In this document: one piece after another, positions 38,929-48,680 of the stretch
Layout of the letters: each line of letters begins with the position of its first letter
How positions within the stretch are numbered: the stretch's first letter is position 1
Source: a virus
Virus record (IMG/VR): IMGVR_UViG_3300017989_005288
DNA: 64,000 bases
Direction: 5' to 3' (one strand)
Notes under the pieces: model-generated
What the model saw: the letters and a program-made list of their open reading frames with translations, nothing else
Databases searched by the model: none
Told to the model about the DNA's origin: nothing
Made by a program: the position numbers and the translations under genes

Positions 38929-40872
38929 TCAAACATACCACCACTCATTTTTTGCATACCACTGCACCACCTGTTCAAAAGTATTATCGAGCGTATGAGT
39001 TTGTTCCCAGCCAAGATTCCGAATTCTGCTGGAATCAATTGCATACCGCCTATCGTGACCTGGGCGAATCTTGCTATCGTCAATGAATTGAATCATATCA
39101 TCTGGTTTACCAAGCACTTTCAAAACCCGTTTTGCCAGTTCAATATTCTCCATTTCTTCACTGCTGGCAACGTGGTAAATCTCACCAATTTTTCCTTTCC
39201 CAATCAAAAAGTAGATCGCCTTACAATGATCCAAAACATAAAGCCACATACGTCTATGCTTACCATCTCCATAAACAGGTAGAGGCTTATTCTTCATTGC
39301 TTTGTGCACAAATGTTGGCAAAACTTTCTGCGGATGTTGAAATTCTCCATAGTTGTTTTCCGTGCGGGTAATAATAATAGGCACACCGTATGTATTGCAG
39401 TAAGACAAAGCTAATAAGTCTGCCGCTGCTTTACTTGCAGAATATGGATTTTTTGGTGCTAAAGGTGAAGTCTCGGTATGTGCACCCTCAAGTATCGAAC
39501 CATAGACTTCATCAGTTGAAACCTGGATAAACAATTTCGGTTTGAACTTTCTCGCTTGTTCCAACAGGTTAAAAGTTCCAACCAAATTGTCACTGATGAA
39601 CGGCTTTGGCTCTCGAATGCTGTGATCGACAAAAGTATTATGACAGACAACATTACCCATACCACAAGCAAAGTTATGTGAACCTTCCACCTCCAAATCA
39701 TACACCCATCCATCATAATCAACATCTTCTTTTGTTTTCTTGTTCAAACCCCTGTGAAAATTTGAAAGAATTCGAAATTGCCAAATATCATTCCAGTTTT
39801 TCTTCTTGAGTTTTTGGCAGCGAACAGTAAAAGGCTTCTTCTGCATCGCCAATAAAAGGCTCAACTGATGCGCAAGTTTTGTTGAAGTCGTTCCGTATCT
39901 CTTGAAATCTTTTGTCCCGTCACCTTCACAAAGACATTCCCAAAAATATTCACGAAGAGAAGGTTCCAAATCAAAAATGAAATTAGGAAGATGCTTTTGA
40001 CCTGACCCCTTACCACAATTTTTAATCATTCTACGATAAAAAGTCTTATTATTCACTTCTAAGCGATAAACTCCTGCTTGTTTTTTCTTAGACACATAAG
40101 GCAAAAGACCATATCTTTTGCTTATATCCTCCGCGATTTGTTCTAACCACTTTCTATCATTTTGAGCAATAACCACAACATAATTTCCATTGGCCTTGTT
40201 AAAACACGCACAGCCTTCTGTCACGTATGCAGCTATAATCCTAAGAAAAGACTTGCTGACCTTCTTGTATGATTTCTTGTTCTCATTGATTTGACGGATA
40301 ACAAGAAGTTCAGGATTTTTCTCTGGTGTTGAAAGTTCTAAATTGGAAGCGTAAACAGAATGGTTTCCTGTAGCAGTAACACTTCCCCACTTTTGCGAGA
40401 GTTTCACAAGTTTCCCTTTGAACCTGTGACGCATAATTGACCTTATCGGCATCCACTGCCCACCATTCAAAAAACTCAAAGCCCTCGTTTGTTTTCCCCT
40501 CAATTTGATAACTTCGTATTGGCCCTTTTTCCGTGGCTTATTCTTCTTACTTTGCTGTGTCCAGAGTTCAGAAAAAGTCATGCACCGTGTTCCCACCACA
40601 GATTGTATAGGAACATACTCCTCCTCTGCAATACTCTTGGCAGCAAAATTCACAACTACGTCAATACCTTCAAGAAGCTCACTGATATCTCCTGTTAAAT
40701 CTCCAAATACAAGTCTAAAACGTGAACTGTTTTCAACCCATTCAAGCCGTTGCTTATTTCTTTGATTCGTATTCCGACCAAAACCAACAACAGAATCATC
40801 AGTAGCTTCCAAAACATGCTTGACAAAATGACTACCAATGAAACCAAAAATGCCAGTCACCAAAATTCTCAT
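38929..40872 (-). CDS. rmlB: dTDP-glucose 4,6-dehydratase containing an intein
   Basis: GIFGFIG, NFAAK|TFVDHSI, STDEVYG, YSASKA, PVYGDG, RPGHDRRYA. Confidence 0.9.
   Translation of the reverse strand: MRILVTGIFGFIGSHFVKHVLEATDDSVVGFGRNTNQRNKQRLEWVENSSRFRLVFGDLTGDISELLEGIDVVVNFAAKSIAEEEYVPIQSVVGTRCMTFSELWTQQSKKNKPRKKGQYEVIKLRGKQTRALSFLNGGQWMPIRSIMRHRFKGKLVKLSQKWGSVTATGNHSVYASNLELSTPEKNPELLVIRQINENKKSYKKVSKSFLRIIAAYVTEGCACFNKANGNYVVVIAQNDRKWLEQIAEDISKRYGLLPYVSKKKQAGVYRLEVNNKTFYRRMIKNCGKGSGQKHLPNFIFDLEPSLREYFWECLCEGDGTKDFKRYGTTSTKLAHQLSLLLAMQKKPFTVRCQKLKKKNWNDIWQFRILSNFHRGLNKKTKEDVDYDGWVYDLEVEGSHNFACGMGNVVCHNTFVDHSIREPKPFISDNLVGTFNLLEQARKFKPKLFIQVSTDEVYGSILEGAHTETSPLAPKNPYSASKAAADLLALSYCNTYGVPIIITRTENNYGEFQHPQKVLPTFVHKAMKNKPLPVYGDGKHRRMWLYVLDHCKAIYFLIGKGKIGEIYHVASSEEMENIELAKRVLKVLGKPDDMIQFIDDSKIRPGHDRRYAIDSSRIRNLGWEQTHTLDNTFEQVVQWYAKNEWWYV
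39637..40635 (-). mobile_element. 333-aa intein with LAGLIDADG-type endonuclease domain
   Basis: Begins Ser (SIAEEEYV), block B TGNHSV, AAYVTEG and LCEGDG blocks, ends YDLEVEGSHNF...VCHN before Thr. Confidence 0.9.
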
Positions 40873-40880
40873 CTCTCCTC

Positions 40881-41276
40881 CTATGCTGCCAGCGCTACCT
40901 TTCTCAACTCCCACCATTGCTTACAACGGTCATCGCAATGCCATCTGTAAGCAGTTGTAACTGCAAATATCAACTTTCTTTGCCAATGACCAATTTGTTC
41001 TTTTGTCGCTTCTGGCATATCACGCAACGGACAACTTCCTGGTTTGTTTTTGTAATAGTCAAAGCATGGCTCTCTGTATGCTCTGAAGATTTCGCAAAAC
41101 AGAAAATCAACAGCGGAATGGTATTCGTCTATTTTACAGCCATGCTTATGTTCAGCAAGTTTTCGAATTGCATGCCAATGATCTGAATTCTCTTGCATGA
41201 ACATTTCGACCTCTGGAAAAAGTGACAGACATAGTTCTCGAAGTTGCATTTGTTTGCAACACAACGACATTCTCAT
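40881..41276 (-). CDS. hypothetical protein
   Basis: ATGA-coupled start at 41276. Confidence 0.6.
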   Translation of the reverse strand: MRMSLCCKQMQLRELCLSLFPEVEMFMQENSDHWHAIRKLAEHKHGCKIDEYHSAVDFLFCEIFRAYREPCFDYYKNKPGSCPLRDMPEATKEQIGHWQRKLIFAVTTAYRWHCDDRCKQWWELRKVALAA

Positions 41277-41542
41277 CTTGATTTTTCCTTTGCATACTTG
41301 GTGATTATTTTTTCGAGGTTCCTTCTCTGAGACAACCAACTCGGTGTATCCACCTGCATTTCTTTTTCCTCAAACCACTTATTGAATTCACGCCAAATTT
41401 TACGCCAGTTGAGCTTTCTCCGATACTTCTTTTCCACAAGCTCTCTGATTTTGTTTTGCTGTGATCGCCATGGTCTCCAATCCCAACTATCATCGAGCCA
41501 TTTGCTGAACTCTTTCCACAGACTTTTCCAATTACGCTTCAT
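41273..41542 (-). CDS. Trp-rich two-repeat hypothetical protein
   Basis: NWKSLWKEFSKW / NWRKIWREFNKW. Confidence 0.65.
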   Translation of the reverse strand: MKRNWKSLWKEFSKWLDDSWDWRPWRSQQNKIRELVEKKYRRKLNWRKIWREFNKWFEEKEMQVDTPSWLSQRRNLEKIITKYAKEKSR

Positions 41543-41547
41543 TGTCT

Positions 41548-41697
41548 TCACTCCCACTTACATAAAATCATCAGTGCTTTGTCAAGGTAAATTCCGTTAC
41601 TCGTCCGCTTTGCCTGCTTGATTAACCGAAAGACTTCTTTGCAATCGGTTTTCAACTCGTGGTTATCCTTCTTAAGCTCCTCAACATTACAGCTCAT
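41548..41697 (-). CDS. small hypothetical protein (49 aa, absent from the ORF track)
   Basis: Hand translation MSCNVEELKK...LCKWE, preceded by GGAGG; fills the gap. Confidence 0.5.
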   Translation of the reverse strand: MSCNVEELKKDNHELKTDCKEVFRLIKQAKRTSNGIYLDKALMILCKWE

Positions 41698-41708
41698 TTA
41701 CCTTCCTC

Positions 41709-42236
41709 CTACAGCAACTTCTTTGGAGCATCAAAAGCTCCATTCACTGTATTCCACTCTTCAATCAACTCATCATAATCCTTGAAACCCCAACGAGTTG
41801 GGTCATCTTCAATACAATTCAAGCATGCCCGTGTTTTACGTTTTGCCATTTTGTCAAAACGTACAAACGAGTCATTGGCACAAACCCTCAAACCACATGC
41901 ATAGCACTTACAAGGAGCCGTTTTAAGCGGTTCCAGGTTGGCTGGGTAGTCACAGTAATCCGAAGACACTACACAGGGTCCTTTTTCACTCTTATGCTTT
42001 TTGGTGGGTATTTGACGTGCTGCCAAAAGCTGAATGTAGCGCTTATTATCCTCTTTAAGCTTTTTGATTCTGGCGCGATTTTGCACAATTTTTCGCTTAG
42101 CAACCTCTACAGGATTGTGCTGAGAACAATACCATTTCCCTTCGTATACAACCACCGCTTTACGCCTGCATTGTCTCGTGCGGTAAAACTGCATTCCTCG
42201 ACACTGAACTCGCTCATCGCACCTTTTCATTGCCAC
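41709..42236 (-). CDS. Cys-rich hypothetical protein (Zn fingers)
   Basis: C..C...WYCSQH and CYACG..VC...CLNC. Confidence 0.65.
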   Translation of the reverse strand: MAMKRCDERVQCRGMQFYRTRQCRRKAVVVYEGKWYCSQHNPVEVAKRKIVQNRARIKKLKEDNKRYIQLLAARQIPTKKHKSEKGPCVVSSDYCDYPANLEPLKTAPCKCYACGLRVCANDSFVRFDKMAKRKTRACLNCIEDDPTRWGFKDYDELIEEWNTVNGAFDAPKKLL

Positions 42237-42693
42237 AACCTTTCTTCAGCACTCTTTCTTTCCATTGTTCTTCCGTCAACATTTTTGTTGCACCAAGAAC
42301 TCTTACCGGAATATCACCCTCTCCTTCTTTGGTAACGAATTCTCCTTTGCACCATTTGCCAAACATCTCAAGAAAATCCGCACGACAGCTTTTGCAACAA
42401 GTTTGACTGAACATTGACATTTCAACGAGTCTGATGTCACCACACGGAACTTGTTTGGTGTCAATTCTGGTCGAATTTGGGCCAGTTTTGACACAGGAGT
42501 GCTCATCGCGAGTACCATTTTTGTAGCGTCTGGTGATACCCCAAATCGAATCGTTCTCGTCAACTTCATTGAAAATCTGAACTTCTTCGATGTTGGGAAC
42601 AACTTCATTCACAGCGTAGAAGCATTCGACTGCAACGTGTCGAGTGTCTTCCATCTCTCTTTTGCAGATTGGACAAATTTTATCAGTCATCAT
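42214..42693 (-). CDS. hypothetical protein
   Basis: CPIC...CCKSC. Confidence 0.65.
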   Translation of the reverse strand: MMTDKICPICKREMEDTRHVAVECFYAVNEVVPNIEEVQIFNEVDENDSIWGITRRYKNGTRDEHSCVKTGPNSTRIDTKQVPCGDIRLVEMSMFSQTCCKSCRADFLEMFGKWCKGEFVTKEGEGDIPVRVLGATKMLTEEQWKERVLKKGCGNEKVR

Positions 42694-42889
42694 TCTCCCC
42701 ATCCATAATCTCTTGAGCAATGACTTGCGGGTCACCATCAAGATTTTCAGCAGTTTCGGAATCCCCTCGCTGAACAGCAGATTTCTTCATGGTTTCGACA
42801 ATCGTAACCAGCAACTTTTTTTGCCTGTCTTTTGGAAGCGGCTTTTCCAACCCTTCTTGAATAATCCTTGCGGTCTCTTCGTCAACCAT
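42683..42889 (-). CDS. hypothetical protein
   Basis: Coupled ORF. Confidence 0.6.
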   Translation of the reverse strand: MVDEETARIIQEGLEKPLPKDRQKKLLVTIVETMKKSAVQRGDSETAENLDGDPQVIAQEIMDGENDD

Positions 42890-42890
42890 C

Positions 42891-43166
42891 TCAATACTCC
42901 TCTATTTGCTTGCCAAACATCTTTGTAAAAGTTTCATCATCCTTCATCCTATCTGAAGGAATATGCAAGCTTGTGGAACCCGTATCCAGCATTTTCCAGC
43001 CATCTTGACGGACAGCAATCATGCCAGCTGATTCTGCCATCTCACCCTTATTAACCAAACTGGCATGCCCGCCACCAAAGCCCGTTACAGCAACAAAACG
43101 ATACTGTCCGCCTACTTGGACATATTTGAAAACGCCACCCTGTTTGACTTTTTGGAGGTCAACCAC
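42891..43166 (-). CDS. hypothetical protein
   Basis: Coupled ORF. Confidence 0.6.
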   Translation of the reverse strand: MVDLQKVKQGGVFKYVQVGGQYRFVAVTGFGGGHASLVNKGEMAESAGMIAVRQDGWKMLDTGSTSLHIPSDRMKDDETFTKMFGKQIEEY

Positions 43167-43341
43167 TTTGTGGCCCCTCTATAGTGATGAACCCAGCATC
43201 TTCCAACTGACGAGCAGCTTCAAACACATCATTGCCAAAGCCTCCTTCGATTTCTCCATCGACTTCAGCATCACGTGCCCATGACAAAATCTTCTCATCA
43301 GACACAAGTTTTTCTTCTGGATAAAGAAGTTTGAATTTCAT
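43159..43341 (-). CDS. hypothetical protein
   Basis: Coupled ORF. Confidence 0.6.
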   Translation of the reverse strand: MKFKLLYPEEKLVSDEKILSWARDAEVDGEIEGGFGNDVFEAARQLEDAGFITIEGPQSG

Positions 43342-43574
43342 GTTACCTCCTCTGGAGTCTGTTCGCGGATCAACTCGTTCGCCTCACTTAGTTTTCCGCC
43401 GGACTTCTCACAGTCGAGGGATGTCAGCCGCCATTGTCCAACAACAGAATTGAAAAAAGTCGGCAACAGCTTCGCCGCCTGAAGCAATACTTCAATATGT
43501 TTACGCTGCTCATTTGGCATCTTTTGAAGCTCATGCTCCGTCATTTCAATCGCTTTGTTGAGTTTAGATTTCAT
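43338..43574 (-). CDS. hypothetical protein
   Basis: Coupled ORF. Confidence 0.6.
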   Translation of the reverse strand: MKSKLNKAIEMTEHELQKMPNEQRKHIEVLLQAAKLLPTFFNSVVGQWRLTSLDCEKSGGKLSEANELIREQTPEEVT

Positions 43575-43885
43575 TGCCTTTCCTCGTTTTCAATAGCAAA
43601 AGCAAGAGCATCCCTTAAGCTTTTTGCTCCATCAAGAGAAAGATTTGCCCAAAAATAATTCTCTTCAAACTCCTGACTTTGAAAGTAAAGGTTAATGCCG
43701 TAGTTATTATCAACACGGCAATATATCAAATCCGTTGTGTCTCCATGTTCATCCCCTACTTCACCAGTTTTGTCCACGAGCTCTTTCACCGAAGGAATTG
43801 GCTTTGTAGAAATGGGCATAGCCCCTTTGCTTTTCACGTTGACTGCTCTTAAAACATTCATTCCGTAAATTTCAAAACAAACCAT
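43571..43885 (-). CDS. hypothetical protein
   Basis: Preceded by a triplicated RBS. Confidence 0.6.
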   Translation of the reverse strand: MVCFEIYGMNVLRAVNVKSKGAMPISTKPIPSVKELVDKTGEVGDEHGDTTDLIYCRVDNNYGINLYFQSQEFEENYFWANLSLDGAKSLRDALAFAIENEERQ

Positions 43886-43934
43886 TTCTTGCTCCTTTCA
43901 ATTTCTTGCTCCTTTCAATTTCTTGCTCCTTTCA
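43884..43934 (-). repeat. three perfect 17-bp tandem repeats, each containing a Shine-Dalgarno
   Basis: (ATTTCTTGCTCCTTTCA)x3 on the plus strand; TGAAAGGAGCAAGAAAT on the minus strand. Confidence 0.9.
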
Positions 43935-43979
43935 ATTATAAAACAGGAGCGAGTTTTGATTTTCGACAAAAACTCAAAA

Positions 43980-46397
43980 TTATTCCACTGCAACTGATGC
44001 GATATATTCATCTTGTTCCAATCGCTTAATTGCTGTACCACGAGCAGCCCTACCTTGCTCTGACACCTCTGTAAAACGTGTCCGAATAGCAATATTCTGA
44101 TTCGTAATGGCAAACAAACTCGTATCCTCGTCTGGAACTATGACCTGACCAAACACCAAGTAGTCGCCTTTCATCAACTTGACTCCAATAACTCCCGTAC
44201 AACCTCTGCCTTGTTTTGGATAATGCTCCAGAGCAGTTCTCTTCGCAACTCCTCTTTGAGTGATTGTCAGCACGTATCCATTTTGATATGCTACTGACGC
44301 AGAAAGTGCCTCATCATCAGCAATCGCAAACCTAATGCCTTGCGCTCCTGCCGACTCCCTACTTGCCACTTCTCTAATGTTTGAAATCGCTGTACGCAAA
44401 ACACGTCCCATTTTGGTAACAATCACAACATCAGCATCCTTCTTTGCCACTACTGCTGATACCAATTTTCCACCAGCATCAACAGGGTAGAACTTTGTGG
44501 TTTTGTCTCGTGTTCTGTTCACTATAGAAGCCTGCATTCTGCAAAGCTTGCCTTTCGAACCAAGCATTACCAATGACTCGTCATCATCCAAAACCGATTC
44601 GGTAACAGATACCACACGTTCACCCTGTTGAAACTCTGGAATATAGCTTTGCAATGATTGTGGCTTTCTGCTACGATCCAAAGCAGGAATCAAATGCACA
44701 GCCAGTCGGTAACGGTTACCTTGGTCAGTAAATACCATCACATCATCGTGTGTGTTCGCTTGTGCAACATGGACAGGCACAACCCCGTCTGGAACTCGGA
44801 CTCCGCTTACTCCTCTACCCCGTCTTTGTTGAACTCGATAATCATCAATTGGAGTAGACTTGACAGTTCCATCTGACATAAAGATTAGAGCAACTATCTG
44901 CTGCTTGACTGTGTCCTTGGCCTCAATTGATCCGAAATCCGTAACAACATGAGTACGACGCACATTGCCAAACTGCTTTTGAATTTCCTTGACCTCTTCA
45001 TGAATGACCTCATCTACCTTTGCTTTGTCCTTCAGAATTGCATCCTGCTGAACAATGAAACTGGTCAATTCTTTTTGCTCCGCATCCAACTTATCGCAAT
45101 CCATTTTTGACAACCTTCGCAAAGGCATATTGAATACGTGTTCAGCTTGTCTTTTCGTAAGCTTTATACGACTCTGCAACTCAGTAACAGTCTTGTCCGC
45201 ATCACGACCATTACGAACAATCTCTATCACTAATGCCACTTGTGCGTTTGCCACAAGCATTCCATCCACTATCTCTTTACGTGATTCTGCCTGCTCTTTC
45301 CTGTAAGCAGTTCTCTTTCTAACTACTTCACGCCGAAACGTTATAAACTCGCTTAATACCTCTCTCAAACCGACGTTTCTTGGTTGGTTCTTACAAATAG
45401 CAACCGCGTTGAACTTCATATGGCACTGCAACCTCGTATGCCTGAATAAGCTGTTCAACACAGCAGTATGGTCTGCACGAGGAGCAACCTCAATGCAAAT
45501 CCGAATTCCTTTTTTGTCAGACTCGTCTCTGATTTCCTTAATTCCATCCACTTTGCCATCATTGATAGCAGCAGCAACTTCCTGCAAAATGTTTTCCTTG
45601 TTAGTAGCATACGGAATCGATTTGATAATGATGCTTTTGCTTTTACCCTCGGTCTCGAACTCTGTCAAGACTCGGTAAAGAAAAGTTCCTCTGCCATGCT
45701 CATAAGTACCATTACCACCAGACTTCAAAACTCCACCCAAAGGAATATCTGGCCCTTGAATGATGCGGCACAACTTTGCAACATCAATAGTTGGGTTGTC
45801 CAAGAAAGCAAGAGTAGCATCGCATACCTCGTTCAAGTTGTGCGGAGCAATATCAGTCGCCATACCTACCGCAATACCACTTGAAGCAGTTAGCAGTATC
45901 ATCGGAATTCTGGCTGGAAGAACAACTGGCTCTTTCTCCAATCCATCATAGTTATCAATAAACCTAACCGTTTGTTCTCCAATATCAGCAAAGTAAACCG
46001 CCTCGGCAAACTTGTGTAGACGCGCTTCCGTGTATCGGTACGCAGCAGCAGGTGAACCATCAACACTTCCAAAGTTGCCTTTACCATCAACCAATACGTT
46101 GTTCAAGACGAATGGTTGAGCAAGACGCACCATTGATTCGTATGCAGACCCATCTCCATGCGGATGGAATTTACCAATCACCTCACCAACAATTCTTGCA
46201 CTCTTTCTGTACGGTGAATTGCTCTTATATCCAGCATTCCACATAGCCCATAGAACACGTCGGTGTACGGGTTTCAACCCATCCCGCACATCAGGAATAG
46301 CTCGATCACAAATCACATACTCTGCATAAGTGAGAAAGTTCTCTTTCATTTCATCGCAGATGTCTGTGATCTTAACGTTTGTCATTTGCTCAGTCAT
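43980..46397 (-). CDS. gyrA: DNA gyrase subunit A
   Basis: PDVRDGLKPVHRR, FHPHGD, AAYRYTE catalytic Tyr, GyrA-box-like QQRRGRG, C-terminal pinwheel repeats. Confidence 0.9.
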   Translation of the reverse strand: MTEQMTNVKITDICDEMKENFLTYAEYVICDRAIPDVRDGLKPVHRRVLWAMWNAGYKSNSPYRKSARIVGEVIGKFHPHGDGSAYESMVRLAQPFVLNNVLVDGKGNFGSVDGSPAAAYRYTEARLHKFAEAVYFADIGEQTVRFIDNYDGLEKEPVVLPARIPMILLTASSGIAVGMATDIAPHNLNEVCDATLAFLDNPTIDVAKLCRIIQGPDIPLGGVLKSGGNGTYEHGRGTFLYRVLTEFETEGKSKSIIIKSIPYATNKENILQEVAAAINDGKVDGIKEIRDESDKKGIRICIEVAPRADHTAVLNSLFRHTRLQCHMKFNAVAICKNQPRNVGLREVLSEFITFRREVVRKRTAYRKEQAESRKEIVDGMLVANAQVALVIEIVRNGRDADKTVTELQSRIKLTKRQAEHVFNMPLRRLSKMDCDKLDAEQKELTSFIVQQDAILKDKAKVDEVIHEEVKEIQKQFGNVRRTHVVTDFGSIEAKDTVKQQIVALIFMSDGTVKSTPIDDYRVQQRRGRGVSGVRVPDGVVPVHVAQANTHDDVMVFTDQGNRYRLAVHLIPALDRSRKPQSLQSYIPEFQQGERVVSVTESVLDDDESLVMLGSKGKLCRMQASIVNRTRDKTTKFYPVDAGGKLVSAVVAKKDADVVIVTKMGRVLRTAISNIREVASRESAGAQGIRFAIADDEALSASVAYQNGYVLTITQRGVAKRTALEHYPKQGRGCTGVIGVKLMKGDYLVFGQVIVPDEDTSLFAITNQNIAIRTRFTEVSEQGRAARGTAIKRLEQDEYIASVAVE

Positions 46398-46405
46398 CGT
46401 TTACC

Positions 46406-48298
46406 TCACACAATGTCATCAAACTTCAATGCCTTTGCCAAAAAGTCTTTTCGTGCTTGAATATCTTCACCCATCAAACGATCAATGACCTCACGAGCCT
46501 GAATCTGGTCTTCAATCTGCACCTGTCTCAGCACTCGTGTGTTTGGATTCATTGCTGTCTCTTCAAGCTCATCAACACTCATTTCACCCAAACCCTTAAA
46601 CCTGCTTACTTCGATCCGTGCATCTTTGTGCTCTGTTTTGAACTCATCCAGAGCAGCAGCATCTTTTATGTACTGACTTTTTCCTCGACACGTCACTCTG
46701 AACAAAGGCAAATCGCAAACATACAAGTGACCTGCTTCAATTAGTTTGCGCATGAACTTGTGGAACATTGTCATCAGCAAACAAGTGATATGTCCGCCAT
46801 CCGGATCGGCATCGGCAAGCAGTATCACTTTGTGATACCGCAGATCGTCTATCAAAACATCTCGCGGCGTTACTGTCACATTCAACGCTGCAATGAGCGT
46901 ACTGATTTCTTTGTTTGTCAAACAACGTCCCAACGGTCTGCTATAGACATTCAGAGGTTTACCACGTAAGGGCAAAATCGCTTGAAATTGTCTATTGCGT
47001 GCATCCACGGCAGTTCCACCAGCACTGTCGCCTTCGACAATAAATAATTCACACAGTGTTGGGTCTTTGCTCGTACAATTTTTCAGCTTTCCTGTTAGTA
47101 CAGATACAACGCTCTTCTTTCTTTGGATATCACGTGCTTTCCGTGCTGCATCACGTGTTTTGATTGCATCAATGATCTTCACAACCACCGTATCAGCAAA
47201 CCGTTTGTCCTTTTTGAACTGCTTAGTAATTTGCTTTTGAATCCACTCACCAAAAGGCCAACGCAAATCTTCATTGTTCAGTTTGGTTTTGGTTTGTCCA
47301 CCAAACTGAGGTTCTTCAACACGTACACTGACAATCAATGTCAACCCTTCCACCACATCACTCTTGTTAACCTTCAGTTTGAGCCTTTTGAGCTCTGAAG
47401 ACGCATGATCTTCAATCGCTTTGCAAAGCGCATCCAATGCCGCATTGTAATGCACTCCACCTTCATGTGTAGCAATATTGTTGGCAAATGAATGAATTTG
47501 ACTTTCAAACTGATCATCATACACAAATGCTACATCCACTTCACAGCCTTCGACATCGGTAGATTGAATGCGAATTGGTTCGTGAATCAATTTGCTATCA
47601 CGCGTCAAATACTTCACATATCCATTCAAACCATCAGCAGAACAGAATTCTTCCTCGGTTCCATCAAACCAAAACAGCTTGATTCTCAACCCTGCATTCA
47701 AAAAAGCCAACTCTCTCAAACGTCGTTGGATAACCTCCTTGTCAAACTCACAACGCGAGAAAATCGTCTTGTCTGGCTTGAATATGACCTCTGTACCCGT
47801 TTCTCGCTTAGGACAACTACCAACCACATCCACATCTTTCTTGGTGGGCTTTGCACGTTCATACTCTCGCACATAGATTTTGCCATCACGCTTGATGGTA
47901 ACCATCATATGTTCTGAAAGCGCATTGACAACAGCTGCACCAACTCCATGCAAACCTCCGGAAGTACGATAGCGAGTATCGGCTCCGCCAAACTTACCAC
48001 CAGAGTGAAGCATTGTTAGCACAACATCTACGGTTGGGATTTTCTCAGTTGGATGATTCTTAACAGGAATGCCTCGACCATCGTCGACAACTTGCACTCG
48101 GCCATCAACAGTAAACTTGATCGCAATGTTTTTACAGAACCCCGCAACCGCCTCATCAATCGCGTTGTCTACAATTTCCCACACGAGATGATGAAACCCA
48201 CTCGTACTCGTATCACCTACATACATTGCGGGACGCTTTCGTACACCCTCTAACCCCTTCAACACCTTGATGGATGATTCATCATATTTGGCTGTCAT
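46406..48298 (-). CDS. gyrB: DNA gyrase subunit B
   Basis: EIVDNAIDE, GGKFG, SGGLHGVG, VEGDSAGG, PLRGK, DADPDG, KGLGEM. Confidence 0.92.
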   Translation of the reverse strand: MTAKYDESSIKVLKGLEGVRKRPAMYVGDTSTSGFHHLVWEIVDNAIDEAVAGFCKNIAIKFTVDGRVQVVDDGRGIPVKNHPTEKIPTVDVVLTMLHSGGKFGGADTRYRTSGGLHGVGAAVVNALSEHMMVTIKRDGKIYVREYERAKPTKKDVDVVGSCPKRETGTEVIFKPDKTIFSRCEFDKEVIQRRLRELAFLNAGLRIKLFWFDGTEEEFCSADGLNGYVKYLTRDSKLIHEPIRIQSTDVEGCEVDVAFVYDDQFESQIHSFANNIATHEGGVHYNAALDALCKAIEDHASSELKRLKLKVNKSDVVEGLTLIVSVRVEEPQFGGQTKTKLNNEDLRWPFGEWIQKQITKQFKKDKRFADTVVVKIIDAIKTRDAARKARDIQRKKSVVSVLTGKLKNCTSKDPTLCELFIVEGDSAGGTAVDARNRQFQAILPLRGKPLNVYSRPLGRCLTNKEISTLIAALNVTVTPRDVLIDDLRYHKVILLADADPDGGHITCLLMTMFHKFMRKLIEAGHLYVCDLPLFRVTCRGKSQYIKDAAALDEFKTEHKDARIEVSRFKGLGEMSVDELEETAMNPNTRVLRQVQIEDQIQAREVIDRLMGEDIQARKDFLAKALKFDDIV

Positions 48299-48528
48299 CT
48301 ACGCACGCCTTTCGTTTCCCAGACTGCATCGACATCTTCGGAGTTGTAAATAGGTGGATCACTCCAACCCCTACCATTCTTGTCAACCCCGTTCGCAAAA
48401 TCCATCAGAGCCTTCTTTGCCACCTTGTGCGAAACCTTCGTGGGAGTCCACCATTCAAAGATTGCCCCGTTAGACATCCTACACTTCCAAACGAAACCTC
48501 GGATCAACGCTCTCATCAAATCAGACAT
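48295..48528 (-). CDS. hypothetical protein
   Basis: Coupled to gyrB. Confidence 0.6.
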   Translation of the reverse strand: MSDLMRALIRGFVWKCRMSNGAIFEWWTPTKVSHKVAKKALMDFANGVDKNGRGWSDPPIYNSEDVDAVWETKGVRR

Positions 48529-48680
48529 AAGCTTTCTCCTGTCATTTTTATAACAGAGCTAAGTCCAAAAGTCCTTCCAAAAATCTTGTAACTATTTGTC
48601 CTTACATACTGTTATATAGATAGAGAGCATTGATTTTAACGAAAAATTGACATTTTCGAAAGGAGGGCGAAAAACTTTTA

